Below are positions 34,110-54,897 of a DNA stretch of 64,000 nucleotides, in pieces (the stretch's first letter is position 1; each line of letters begins with the position of its first letter). A program made the translations under genes and the position numbers. The DNA lies in the NCBI RefSeq assembly GCF_009914755.1, contig NC_060947.1, one strand, 5' to 3'. A model generated the notes under the pieces. It was not told where the DNA came from, did no database searches, and worked only from the letters and a program-made list of their open reading frames with translations. The DNA is from the human T2T-CHM13v2.0 reference genome, Homo sapiens.

Positions 34110-34481
34110 CTAAAGTTCTAAAGTAATAATCCTAAATATATACTAGGCTTTCTACAAAGAGATGTTCCTAAACCTGTGATTTACCACAGTGAATAACTGT
34201 AAACTACCTAACTGTCCAACAACCAAAATAGTGGAATGGATACATTAAATTCACTAACTTAACTCAGCTTTATGTCTACATGAACATAGTAAAAATTATT
34301 TTTATAGAATATGTGTGATAACATGGGGAAATATTTTTATTAAAAAATAAAACAATATGAAACTATACTCACTACATGATTATAATAGCATAAGAAATCA
34401 AGCAAAATCCTATAAATTGGTGTAATCAAAGCTGTGTACCCAGAAATTCCACTTCTAAGATCCTTAATCCTAGGGAAATGA

Positions 34482-34926
<445 letters not shown>

Positions 34927-35558
34927 TGTTACAGGGAAATTAATCACCATGCAAAAAAGTCGAAACAATTTTAATTTTTTTTAGTAAAAAAGTGGAAACA
35001 ACTCAAATGTCCAACAACTCAAATAATAAGAGATGCGTAAAAATCAATTACGGTACAACAATACAGTGGAAAGATGAGCAGCCAATAAAATGATGTTGAA
35101 ACACGTTTATTAACAAGACAACATGTTCATAATATATTAAGTGAAAATTCAGGCTTAAAAGGGTAGACACATTAAAAATCCCTTAAAAGAGTAGGAAGAG
35201 GTAAGAATGTGTATGTTCAGTATATAAGTCCAAAAGAATATTCTCTGCAAAAGTAGCTGGTTGTCTTTGAGTGGTAGAATTATAAGGAGATTTTTTTTTT
35301 CATTTTGCTTGTATGTATTTTTCGAAATTTCTGTAGTAAGCATGAACTATCTGCATAAAAAAAGAAATACATCAAATGTTATCAAAGCCTACAGAATAGA
35401 ACTATGGATCTCTTCTTATTACATTTTGTTTCCTGTATTTTCCTAATGGTCTTTACTTATTTCACTTGAGAAGAGGTGAACCATTAGAAGAAAGCACTAT
35501 CCGGTGTCTTCTTTAGGAGAAATATCTTGGGTCAGTCACTTTCCTTCTTTAAAATACC

Positions 35559-35900
35559 TGTCTCAGATGGGATAGGGTAGGTTATGCTGTTGTAACAAAC
35601 AAGCCCAAACAACAAAGATGTATTTCCCACTCATGCTACATGTCCATCACAGGTTGTCTGGCAGCTCTGACCGCCATAGTGACTCAGAACCTTAGTCTGT
35701 GGATCAGCTACCATGTCAAACTGTGCCAGTTGCCACACTAGAGGAAAAAAGAGCTCTGGAAAGTCACACATCAGCAACAAGTTGCCCCAGCCTGAAAGTT
35801 ACTCTTATTACACAGTGGCCACAATTAGTCACATGGCCCTATCCAATTCATAGGAGGCCAGGACATGGGTAAGACAGATTATGTTTGGTGAACGGCACCT
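35559..35900 (-). mobile_element. MLT1 (MLT1L-like) MaLR LTR
   Basis: taggttatgctgttgtaacaaacaa...ctcatgctacatgtccatcacagg...tagtcacatggccc. Confidence 0.65.
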
Positions 35901-36255
35901 AATTCACCAGCTCAGAACATTGTAAGCAAATATTGAAAGAACTATAAGGAGACATCAACAAATTTATAATCACAGTGGTCATATTCCTGGCACCTGCTAC
36001 TGTAGTCTGTGGCCAACTTTATCTTGTTAGATGCAAGCATTGTAGAAAGCATACCAATGTGTCAGATGGAGACCAGTTGCCACAAGCAAAACAGGACATG
36101 CTTTTTGTGAAATCAAAAACTAACAATGCATTTGTTGATTGTGTGGCAAAAAGAGGATAAAGGAGCATGCAATACATACGCAATATATACATAGGTGACA
36201 GCATTTCACATTTACTCGGGATATACTCAGCTGGGCAAAGAAAATTGTAGCTTTC

Positions 36256-36288
36256 ATCCCTTCTTGGCCTTTTGCCTAAGATCAAGTG
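36256..36288 (+). pseudogene. 3'-truncated, tailless U2 snRNA retropseudogene (U2 nt 1-33)
   Basis: atcccttcttggccttttgcctaagatcaagtg vs U2 ATCGCTTCTCGGCCTTTTGGCTAAGATCAAGTG (30/33). Perfect TSD aaaattgtagctttc (36241-36255, 36289-36303). Confidence 0.92.
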
Positions 36289-38202
36289 AAAATTGTAGCT
36301 TTCTTCTTTCTCTCTGACTGCTCTGATTTACCTCACAAGCCCCCACCCTCTAGGTAGAAGTAGGGAGGGGAAACAAGATTGAATTCAATTTATTAACCTC
36401 AATTCAATCCCTAACTTAAAATGTCTTTGTGGGTAAATAGTCCCTACTTGGATGACTCAGTTAAGTGCTCAACCAGTAAGAGTTCCACCCCTTCCTCTGC
36501 TCCTTTCCAAGATGGCATCAGGTGTGTGAGGGAGGGGTGTAGCTTTGGAGACCTCTTAGTGGCAAAGGGCAGATGTTAATCCTCCCAAAGAAAAGCAAGA
36601 TCCAGACCTCCCCATTTGCAGTCCTCTGCCTTCTCAGCAACCTAGCTAACATACTTCCTGCCCTAGGACTTCAACCTAGAAGGAAGCGATCAGAACAACT
36701 GTGTCTTGTGACCTGCCCCCAGACTGGGAAGTGGGAAGGGGTTAGGGAGGGGGGAGGGTTTTTCTCTCTACTCTTTACAGCCTGACCATGCCTCCCTTCT
36801 ATCCTGCACACAGGCCTGTGTATTGAAAAGGAAGCTTTGTTATTTAGAAATCCCTTTCTCCAAAAAGCCTGGGTTTTATATATATTGTTTTACTCAAAAG
36901 AGGCCAAGAAAATCAGCTTTGAAATTCAAAGCTGATGAATGGGCTCTGTTCTAGACAGCACCTGTTCGTCCTTTCTTTCCTGGGACAATAACCTTGATGA
37001 CTCTATCAAAAGGCTAGCAGGAAGTGGGATTTAAAGGGGAAAATCAAAATGCATTGGTTTAATTATTATAAAAGGTGTTCCTCAGAGGCGAGATTGGAAG
37101 AACTAAAGTAATGAGGTATCTATTTTCTTGGCTGTCTTGTGAGATGTATCTCTTTTCCTCACAGAGACAAAGTAAAATTTTCAAAAATATGACCCTAATG
37201 AAAATACAGAATGAACACCTCACTGGTTTTATGCATTAATGAGGGAGCCAGCAGGATGGTAAATCTGGTACAAAGGAGAATTCAAAAGATATGTTTAAAA
37301 AGAAAAAGCATGCCGAAATAAGCTTACTAAGTTAGAGGCAAAACAGGGCAATAAAACCATAACCTTTGAGGTCACCCCTTCTACTGCAAAGAAATCATTT
37401 GCATCTCTACTGGACAAAAACCTCCAAGTTAACATGCCTGGGCTTTAATCAAGCAACAGTGCATTCTCACAGAGAACTGAATAATCCTTGGGTGGGCGCT
37501 TTAAATGGAGGCCTTTTAATAAAGCTTCAGTCTGGAAATTGAAAGGACAAGCAGTCATTCTGTCTCCTTGTTTCCAGGTGTTAGGTAATTTTTCTTAACA
37601 TACTCAAACATTGCCTACATCCCACCCACCTTAACACACACAAAACCGATCTGCTGAGAGCTGATGGAAGAAAGAGTTATGAATGGATTAAAGAGCCTAT
37701 AGGAATAAAAGATGGGGATTTAAAGCAAGCACAGGTTTCTGCTTCAGAGACACAAGTGAATGGGTATCTTTAAAAGCCTAAATATGTGATTTTGTTGTAA
37801 ACCTACATATTTTAAAGATGTTTAAATTACGCTTTCCTTTTAAAATTACCTTTTCCTTTTCAAAATCTAGATAGACTTAACTAGGCCTGAATGATTCCAT
37901 TACCAAAGCAGATTAATATGGTTAAATGAAACTGTAAGGGCATGTGATAATTATTTTTCAGTTGTCACAGGTTACATAGGTTACCATAGCCCATTAATGT
38001 ATGCTAGCCTATTAAGTTACTGAAATGACAAACATTATTGCATCGATAAGGCATATTCAGTCCAGTTGAGATAGAAACCATTCTCCAAATGATAGTAGTT
38101 TCCAAAAGAAACCTATTTTTAAAAATCTCATAACAGCTCATTTGTAATACAGCTTGCTGCTCAGATGGTTTCTGAAAAGTATCTTCTTAGAGAGAAATCA
38201 AA

Positions 38203-38310
38203 ACATCTCATATACTCCATAAATATACACACCTATTATGTACGCGTAAAAATTAAAATTTTAAATTTTAAAATTTTAAAAAACAAAACAGACAAAAAAA
38301 AGAAAACAAA
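38203..38310 (+). mobile_element. Short L1MA 3' end with A-rich tail
   Basis: catatactccataaatatacacacctattatgtac.cgtaaaaattaaaa. Confidence 0.7.
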
Positions 38311-39439
38311 TATTATAATAGGACAAAGCCTACTCTGAATAGCAGGTTCCCCATGGAATTTTGTTTTCTGAGTAGAGAGCAAGATCATCTGATTAAAAGG
38401 CTCAAATTCTCTGAAACTTTCTATTGAAGGCTATGATGTGTAACATGAGCGCATTTCCATATTAAGGTTATTCAGCTGTGGAAAACACCAGAACCCACAC
38501 AAAGCTTTTCCTTTAAAAGCTGAATAAAATCTAAGACACTGCATGTTGGTGCAGAAATGAGAAATCTAAGTTGTTGTTCGCTGACTGCTTGGCTGTGTGT
38601 GTTTTTTTTTTTTTTCCTGCAAGAAAGCAGAGACACACATTTGAGAAAGCATTGTAACTCAAAAGCATGACCACAGCTAAGAAATTTAAGTAACCATGTC
38701 ACAGAAACACAGGAACATAGATTCTGTTGGCTAATCTAAATAGATAATTAATCATGTTCCTGGCAGTGTGGAATGCAGATTTGCATGCTATTCACAGAGA
38801 CTTTGGCAGGCAGGCTGAGAGCTTTCTGGAATATCAGAATCTGGAGTGTCTTGAGGAGCTGGTAAGTCAGTCATTCTGAGATCTACAGATTTCTTGGATC
38901 AGTAACATTTAAAAATAATGTTGAAGACCAGCATGGTATTAACAACTTCTTATTTTGGCAAATAATAATATTGTAAAAAATACTTACTATTTATAATTGC
39001 CATTATTTCATAAAAGATATGGTTTCACAGACTATTTTTTTAGGCTAGTTCGTAATTGGATTCGCTGTTGGATTTGGGGGTCAAGATATCTTTAAGTAAC
39101 TTAACTTATTTCTCAAACCTTTCATAAGTGACTGAAAGGCATATTGAAGTACCTGCCATGTCCAGTCAAAATGAATGTTACTTCTGAGACAGGTGAATGT
39201 GACAGGACTAGACTGGCTCTAGATAGGAGCTTGGATCTTGAGAGTTCTTCTGTGGGATCATCTTGTCTTAAGGAGGGTTTTTTCAAATGGTGGGGAGATA
39301 GGAGATTTAAATATTGACCAAATTCCAACTGTGGCATGTTTTCAGCTTTCTTCTGCCCTCCCTGACCTGTAAATAAGAATTAAATCAAGTAATACTGCCC
39401 AAATGCCTATTACTAACAGTGCAGGGTTAAGCTTTGGGA

Positions 39440-39620
39440 CAAAACTTCTCAAACTTAAGTCTTCATAAGAATAGTCTGAGAACCTATCAAAAGGCAGATT
39501 CCTGGGTCTTAGTGCCATGGGTTCTGAAGTCTGAGATGGCAACCATGGAATCTCAATTTTTAACAAGCATAACATGATTTTGGTGGAAATGGTCCGTGGG
39601 CCCCATCTTTAGAAACATTA
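39440..39620. mobile_element. MER5 (hAT-Charlie)
   Basis: cttctcaaactt...gcagattcctggg...tttttaacaagc...ctttagaaaca. Confidence 0.7.
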
Positions 39621-40268
39621 GCCTAGGAGTGAAAAAAAAAAAACACTTCCAATTTCTGTAATGACATACTAGGTATTCAGACCAACTTTCTTGCTGAACA
39701 TAATATGTTAAACCTCTTCTTAAAAGCATCAAAAAGCTAACAAAATAGTGATAAATTACTGGGATGCGATTCAGAAAAGAATGGAAATCCACAGAAGTGA
39801 GCCTGACATTCTGAACCACTTTTGCCTTCCCATTACTAGCAGATCCTGAAGAGACAACTGAGAGGGTGAGCTGTCTTCTTAGCAAGCTCATGGGAATAGG
39901 AAGGCAAAAATCAGACATCGGGACCTGCCAAGGGTTGACACATGGTAAACCAGTCCTCGTCCCATACACATGCACACACATGTTAGGAGGAAGGGTGAAC
40001 TGGAAGTGGCTTGCTCAGAGAATCTCACATCTTGAACTTGGACTAGGGTGATCAACTTGGGCCTCAAATTATTCTGACAAATAATTTTTCTTATATAGTG
40101 CCCAGCACACAATCAAAGATAACCAAGCCTAATTGGGACAGAAAACCTTGAGCAAGAACCTCTAGGAAAAATGAACAACAAAATGGATTTAGAATGACTC
40201 CAGATATGAGTAAATCTAAATGAGTATTAACTATGTGAAACAATTAGTATAGTCCCCTGTGGGAATAC

Positions 40269-40315
<47 letters not shown>
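40269..40315. repeat. (AGAT)11 tetranucleotide STR
   Basis: Uninterrupted AGAT run 40271-40314. Confidence 0.95.
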
Positions 40316-40430
40316 TTTTAAATGCATGATAATCATAGTATAAAGTCTTGAGAGGAAAATAAATGGAGATAAAAATGTTCTAAATTCCTAACATTATCCA
40401 AAAGGAGAGGAAAGGTATCAATTAAAGTTA

Positions 40431-41042
<612 letters not shown>

Positions 41043-41558
41043 TTATAAGTGAAACATGCATGCTGTAATTCTAGGCTAACCACCAAAAGAATAAAAGAAG
41101 AGTATATGATGTATAAACTGAAAGAGATTTTTAAAAATTGAATGTAAAAGTCATCAGTCCAAAAGAGGGTGAGGACAGAAAGAAAAAGAAACACAAAACA
41201 AAACAGACAAGAAAAGAAAAAGTACATAATAATAAGATTTTAACACAAATATATCACAATTACATTGAATGTAAATGGACTACATTTTCCAGTGAGAAAA
41301 CAGATTATAAAATAGAAAATAGACAAACAAGCAGTACTACTATGTGTTGTTTAAAGAGACACATTTAAACGTAAAAATAAAGAAAGGTAGAAAGTAAATA
41401 AATGACAATAATTTACTCCACAATTGGTAACTGAAAGCAAGTTGATATAGCTATATTAATATCACACAAAATAGACTTCAAGCAAAAAGCATTATTAGAA
41501 ATAAAGCAAGTCACTTCTTAAGAAAAGTTAAATTCACTAGGAAGACAGAACAATTTTA

Positions 41559-42240
<682 letters not shown>

Positions 42241-42384
42241 TTATAAAAATAAAAATTGATAAAATCAAAATTAAAAGTACATCAAGGAGAAGAAAGAAAA
42301 CCCCCAGTCATTGTGAGTGACATTAATACAACTTTCTTAGTAACTGGTGGAACCAATAAACAAAAAAAAGTCAAAACACATATG

Positions 42385-43327
42385 TGTACTCTACACAGCC
42401 GCTACAGGTACGACCATGTGAAATAGTAGACAAGGCCAAAGTCCAGGGAGGATCATGTACAAGGGAATTCCTCCCAGAGGGCAGGACCAAGGTCTGACAG
42501 GAGAACTTCCTTCACTACTAGGGAGTCTTTGCGCATCTTGCCAAACACGATTTCGTCATTTCTATGCACCAGTGACTGACGAGTGCTTTCCATTCTACAT
42601 TTTCCCAAATGGGAGTTTTCTCTGTGTCTATCCTGTTCTTGCTCTATATGATGTGCCAAATGTTGAGTAGTGTTGGGGGAGTAATGTTCTATTATTATAT
42701 AGATTTCTGGATCATGAGACAGTAGATCTAGACCTGATAGAAAAGACTGCACGTTACACAGAGGTGTCAGACTTTGTTTTGTACTCAGGAAATGGATCGT
42801 ACTTTGAGGGATGAGTGTATTCTGTGTGTATGGATATTTAGATGCCAGAGGTTTGGAAGTGTCAGAGTTTGCTAATTGTTCCCTGTGTCCATTTTGCCTT
42901 TCTACTTTTTGGTAACAGAGGCCCCCTGCATGTGAGCTCATCACATGGCTGCCCGGCAAGATACTACATTTTCCAGTCTTCCATGAGGATAGATGTGGTC
43001 ACGTGACTGAGTCTGGGCCAATGGGATGTGTGTAGATGTGATGTATATTTATCTCCATAAAGATGAAGCTGGTTGCCCTGAATATTCTGTCCATCAGTTG
43101 GGAAGTGGCAATGAATGGAACAATGCCTTGGGCCCCAAGACGGATCCTGAGTATGGCAGAGCTGCCCACCAGCCTAGGTTCCTATATGTCATCATGGGAC
43201 AGAGCTGCCTTGTAGACCCTGGACTGTTATATTAATATAAAAAAGAAATAAACTTCTATCTTATATAAGCTATTGTACTTTAGGATTCCTTTGCTACAGC
43301 AACATTGCCTGTACCCTAACTAATACA
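42385..43327 (+). mobile_element. ERVL-type internal 3' end plus LTR33-like LTR (LTR ~42860-43327)
   Basis: PPT-like gccagaggtttggaag, then tgtcagag...actacatttttccagtc...gtggtcacgtgactgagtctgggccaatggga...aaataaacttc...ctaactaataca. Confidence 0.6.
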
Positions 43328-43499
43328 TGTGTTATGGAGTGACAAAGGTCAGTTGGGAAGGTGGGGGTGAAGAGGAAACACTTGTTGTTAGCCTTAATAG
43401 TAAACTCAGGAGTCAAGATTTGACAGGCTTGGTAATGTGAAGCATTGCCGAGGGACAGGGCAGATGGTGGTGCCATTAATGGTGATTGGGTAGCTGATG

Positions 43500-44533
<1,034 letters not shown>

Positions 44534-44820
44534 GGCCAGGCAGGGTGGCACACTCCTGTGATCCCAGCACTTTGGTAGGCCAAGGCAGAAGGATCACTTA
44601 AGCCCAGGAGTTTGAGACCAGCCTGGGCAACATAGCGGGACCACATCTCTACAAAAAATTTAAAAATTAGCCAAGCATGGGGGTGCACGCCTCTAGTCCC
44701 AGCTACTGGTGCGGCTGAGGCAGGAGGATCACTTGAGCCCAGGAGATCAAAGCCGAGGTAAGCTGTGAGCATGCCACTGTACTTCCAGCCTGGGAGACAG
44801 AATGAGACCCTGTCTCAAAA
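44534..44820 (+). mobile_element. AluJ
   Basis: Dimer whose tail runs into a GA-rich expansion. Confidence 0.92.
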
Positions 44821-44863
44821 AGAAAGAAGAAAGAGAGAAAGAGAGAAAGACAGACAGACAGAC

Positions 44864-44918
<55 letters not shown>

Positions 44919-45181
44919 GGAGGGAGGGAGGGAAAGGAGGGAGGGAGAGAGGGAGGGAAGGAAGGAAGGAGAAAGAGAGAGAGAGAAAGAAAGGAAGAAA
45001 GAAAGAAAAAGAAAAGAGAAAGAAAGAAAAAGAGAGGAGGGAGGGAGGGAAGGAGGGAGGGAGAGAGGGAGGGAAGGAAGGAAGGAGAAAGAGAAAAGAG
45101 AGGGAAAGAAAGGAAGAAAGAAAGAAAAGAAAAAGAAAGAAAAGAAAGAGAGAGAAAGAGAGAGAAAGAAAGAAGGAAAGA
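44817..45181. repeat. ~365-bp polypurine tract: (GACA)n(GAAA)n(GGGA)n(GGAA)n
   Basis: Almost no pyrimidines on the + strand. Confidence 0.95.
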
Positions 45182-45278
45182 TCTTCCCAGAATCCCTTGG
45201 CTTAGTTGTTTAGCTATTCCCACCTCAATATTTGATATATGAATGAATGAATTAAAGATACATTAAGAACCAAATCCT

Positions 45279-45663
<385 letters not shown>

Positions 45664-45736
45664 TTACAGATTGTAAAGATCATCTAAATGTGTTTACAAA
45701 TGAGGTTCAGAGATATTATGTGACTATCTCAGAATC

Positions 45737-45875
45737 AGACAGGGTCTGACTATGCTGCCCAGGCTGAAATGCAGGGGCTATTCACAGGCATACAGCGCAC
45801 TACAGCCTCAAGCTCTTGGGCTCAAGCAATGCTTCTGAGTAGCTGGCACTGCAGGTGCACATCATTGTGCCTGGC
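45737..45875 (-). mobile_element. FAM (fossil Alu monomer, 7SL-derived)
   Basis: gctattcacaggc...cactacagcc is the 7SL/FAM signature. Confidence 0.7.
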
Positions 45876-46148
45876 TCTTCCTGTACTATTTTTTTCTGTA
45901 TTTTGCTGTGAATGCATTAGAGAATAATTTTAATAGAAGGATTTGTTTGAAAAGCTGAATTTAAAGGTTCGATGCTTCAGCTTGCCAACAAAGTTGCACT
46001 TCAAGTCAAATATGAAATGATCAAAATGTCAGTGTGATCTTGTCACAAAGATAACTATCTAAGTTACAAGCCATTCTCCCAGAGAGACTAATAGAAACCC
46101 TGTGTACACACCAATGTAGACATTGAAAACAAGAGATCATCCAGTCCA

Positions 46149-46615
46149 AGGATTCTAAACATTTTTTTTTTTCACCTAGGAGTCCTTTGGCAGGCTGGCT
46201 TCTCAGAATAATGCTTTTGAATGCATAAAACATCACACATAGGAATACAAAGGAAATCAGTATATTGAAAATATGCCTATCAAAATAGTAAATATTATAA
46301 ATGTGTGATATAGTATTATATGTGTTTCTTCATTTAATCTATTAATTAACAACATCTATCAGGAGTCTAATTTTGAAGTGGTAATAAGTATAAATGATAT
46401 TTCAAGATATATGCAACAATTGTCATGTGATACAAAAATATTTCTGATTTCTATTAATGACAAATCCCAGGTTCTGCTAGCATGACTATGGTTTAACGCT
46501 TGCATTTGCAGTTAAATAAAACACATGCTTTTGTTAGAGATTACTGAAAATAAAAAGGAGATGTTTTTCTCTTTCAAGTTCACTGATACGCTAAACCCCA
46601 AGTTAAGAATCCCTG
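46149..46615. mobile_element. hAT-Charlie element (Charlie4a-like)
   Basis: cttctcagaataatg...aatgcataaaa...ccccaagttaagaatccctg terminus. Confidence 0.6.
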
Positions 46616-47074
46616 GGTTAGTTCAATCCCTCATTTTAAAAGTAAGGGATCTTTTGTCTGAGATATGTAAAATTAGGTCAAATAAAATTAATTCAGAGAA
46701 GACCATTGATGGGTCTATGACGTTGGCCTTTTTCAAGTCAGCACAGTTCCCTTGAGGAGCTTGGGTTTAAAAACAAACAAAAAGACTTGAAAAGGGAGGT
46801 TGTTTTTATACAATTTCTGCTTTCTGCTCAGTGTTCCTGGTCCCTAAGTCCTGCTTGGTGCAAAGGCCCTTGAACTAGGGGAAAGGACATGTAAGAACTA
46901 AACTCAAATTAGTATCTCAATATGTTATCCTGCCACCGTACTAAGAACAACAAGAAAGATGACACAATTAATTTTTGAATAAATGTCAACAGTAAGAAGT
47001 GTCCAAAAATGCCCTATTAAAGAACAGAATACCCAGCCTTGAAATGAACTGATACTGTACAGGGATTTGGGGCA

Positions 47075-47340
47075 GCTGGATCTTTCAAACCTTTGTGATT
47101 GCAGCTCACAGTAAAAAATAGACTTTTCATTGAGACCCATCACTCGCGTGCATGTATACACATACATGTGATTCAAAGTGATTCAAACAAAAGTTTCCCC
47201 AAACAGGCTTACCTTAATAAGTGATGAGACCCACTGATAGTTTTTGTTTTATTCCTTTCCATTTCATTCAAAAAATGCTAGTCAGTGACTCACTATTCGT
47301 GAGCAAGGATTGGGTTACAACCCATAGTTTCATAAATATC
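47075..47340. mobile_element. Old hAT-Charlie MITE-like element
   Basis: tctttcaaacc...cacagtaaaaaata...aaaaaatgctagtc...gggttacaacccatagttt. Confidence 0.45.
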
Positions 47341-47439
47341 GGACTGGATGAACTTCAAGGACTCTCAAATTCTAAGATTCTATGATGTATGAGTGTATCA
47401 TATAAATGAATACAGTATTGCAGGGGTGGTAAATGTTTT

Positions 47440-51938
<4,499 letters not shown>

Positions 51939-52079
51939 TCTTGCACTATCTTGGATGTCCAGTCCAGTTGAGTCTTCATCTGACTCCAGCCCCAGCTGCC
52001 ATCTTATTATCCTGGATGAGAGACCCTGCTTAGCTGAGCCCAGTCAACTCACAGAACAGTAAGAGATAATAATAATTCA

Positions 52080-53800
52080 AAAAACATTTATTGACATAAT
52101 TTCAGACTTACCAAAAAGTTGCAAGAATAGTACAATGAATTCTCAGATATCCAGAGTCCCCAAATGTTAATCCTTTACTATATTTGCTTTATTCTTCTCT
52201 CTCAATCTCTGCCCACCTATCATCTCTCTCTACCCATATCTTTCATTCTTATCAAAAATAGTTAATTAACATTGATACAATACTATAGTCTGACCTATAT
52301 ACTTGATTAAGATTTCACCAATTGTCCCAATAATGTCTTTTATAGCAAAACAAAAAACAAAAACTTCTAAAATATGTGTTGCCTTCAGTTATCGTGTCTC
52401 TTTGGTCTTCTTTCATTTGAAATAATTCAGTCTTTGTTTGTATTTCATGATATTGACATTTTTTTGAAGCATGCAGGCCAGTTATTCTGTAGATTGTCCT
52501 TCACTTTCAGTTTGTCTGATGTTCCTCGTGACTAGATTTAGATTATGCATTTTGGGCAGGAATCCCACAGAATTGATGCAGAGTCCTTCTTAGTGCCTCA
52601 TATCAGGAGGCACATGCTGTCAATTAGCTCCATTACTGATAATGTTAACTTTGATCATTTGGCTTAGTTGGTAACTGTCAGTAACTGTAAAGTTACTGCT
52701 TTTCCCTTTGTAATTAGTAAATGCTTTCTAGAGAGATACTTTGTGACTCCGTAAATGTCTTCTTACTACTCAAACTGTCACTCACTGGCTTTAGCATCCA
52801 TTAATGATTCCTGCCAGAATCAATTATTATTACAATGGCCACCAAATAGTGATTGTCATATTTCCATTATTCTTTCTTCATTTATAATTTGGCTTTCTAC
52901 TGTAAGGAAGATCTTTCCCTTCTAATTTGTTTGTTTGTTTGTTCATTTAAGTGTGGACTCATGGATGCTCACTTTATTCAATAAATTATAACTCTTAATA
53001 CTAGCATTTGCTTTCATGCTCAAATTGTTTCAGAGTTGACCGGTGGGAGTTCTTCAAGCCGGCTCCTGTGGCCTTTTAACATGTCTCCATTATTTCTTGA
53101 GTGCTCCTCTACTTTTTAACACAAGATGATCCAGGCTTATCTTGTATGTCCCTTGTCCCAGCTCAGATTCCTTTTAGTGGAGAATGTTATGTAGAAAGCA
53201 AGAACTGGGTGCTGGGTGTGTTTATCATTACTGAGGTATCATTGCTTCTACAGCCTCTCAACAGACAGAGCTGGGAAAGAGATGTCTGTATGTACATATT
53301 TGCACATACATATATGTGTACACACACATGCATTTACATATGTATTCATTGCATATAGATACATATCTATATTCATTTCTATATCTAGCTATCTATATCG
53401 ATCTACATATATATATATATATAATATATATAGTCATAACTTCCCAATGGTACCTCCAGCTCCAATCTAACACAATGACATTCAATCTGTTCTTCCCACT
53501 TTCCATAATGGTAACTGCCTTCCCCAATAATGAAAAAACTGGATCCCATTATCCACAATGTATTTACTTATTTGCTTAACCCTAGACCGTATTGAAAGTA
53601 GTTTCAGAATTGTGAATTTATGCCTATGCCAAAAATAAGCTTTCTGATTAGAGTTCATTATTTGTTTAAAGTTATTTGAGGGCATGTGGTCCAAATTCTA
53701 AAAGCTACTTGGATTAATGCCCCCTTTCAAATGTGATTATGTTTTTATTTGAAAAATGCATCAGTTCACTTGTTTCTGTTTGTATTCAATTTTAAGGTCC
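52080..53800 (-). mobile_element. L1MC4-like 3' region, flanked by MLT1 LTR pieces (51940-52075 and ~53805-53830)
   Basis: aaaaagttgcaagaatagtaca...catatcaggaggcacatgctgtc...gatgatccaggcttatcttg; MLT1 motifs gctgagcccagtcaac..cagaac and ttgttattttaagccacta. Confidence 0.65.
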
Positions 53801-54295
53801 CCTGATTGTTATTTTAAGCCACTATGGCTTATCATGCGACAATGGATAACCCTGACACCATTGCATCACATCAGGAGGCATACGATGTCAGTTATTAGTG
53901 ATGGAAGTTGGATCATACAGATAAGCTCTTATCTAGCCAGACCTCTCCATTATAATTTATAAGTAATCTGTGGGGTGCCTTACTCTATTTTTAAAGTAAT
54001 TCTTACTATATGAACTTAAAACCACCATAACTACCACGATTCAGGGACCCTAAGTCAGATTTACATTTTTCTTTATGGAAATGCCTGCCTCGATGCCATA
54101 GGAATACAGACAGAAGGAAGAGCATCTACTGATGGATTACCCAGTGGGTGGGGGCCACAGCTGGCAAGAAGGTGGATATCCAGCTGTGATGAAAACATTG
54201 GATTCTACTTGTAGTTCAACAGCACTTAAAACAGAATGCTACACACTGTGTGTAGGTTTGCCAAGTTGTGATTTGGATCCCAAGTCATGAGTTAG

Positions 54296-54524
54296 GTAGG
54301 AAGGAATGAAGGAAGGAAGGGAGAAAGGAAGAAAGAAAGAAAGAGAGAGAGAAAGAAAGGAGAGAAAGAGAGAGAAAGGAAAGGAAAGAAGGAAGAAAGG
54401 AAGGAGAGAAAGAAAGAAAGAAAGAAAGAGAGAAAGGAAAGAGGAAAGGAAAGAAAAGGAAAGGAAAGAAGGAAGGAAGGAGAGAAAGAAAGAGAAAGGA
54501 AAGAAAGAAGGAAAGAAAGAAGGA

Positions 54525-54576
<52 letters not shown>

Positions 54577-54579
54577 AAA
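54296..54579. repeat. ~280-bp polypurine (GGAA/GAAA)n tract
   Basis: Direct reading. Confidence 0.95.
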
Positions 54580-54897
54580 TCTTTTTATTTTAGGTTTTTC
54601 ATGTGGAGTTAGAATTGGGTGCCTGCTAAGAAAAATGTCTGTTTGTAAAGAATGCTGCTTCTCTTTTTAACAATAATGCATTGATTTTCTAGTTAGGATA
54701 AACATCCTACTGTATAAAACTAGTCGAGTCTATGTTGCCCTCTTGATTCCATGTCTTTTAATTTCTGTCTTTACAGATATTATTTGATCATATTCAAGCG
54801 ATTGAATCACAGTCCTCTCATATTCCAAATGTACAGATGTTCATGGCTATATTCCCAGTGCCTAGGATGGCACAAAGTATGGCTGAGTGGGAATTCC

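Noticed and set aside
42453-42959. 168-aa minus-strand ORF
   Set aside because: Antisense to an ERVL internal/LTR remnant; no recognisable domain.
44747-45242. Long K/E/R-rich and F/L/S-rich ORFs (146-158 aa), and the similar ORF at 54306-54593
   Set aside because: Translations of GA-rich simple repeats, which lack stop codons by composition.
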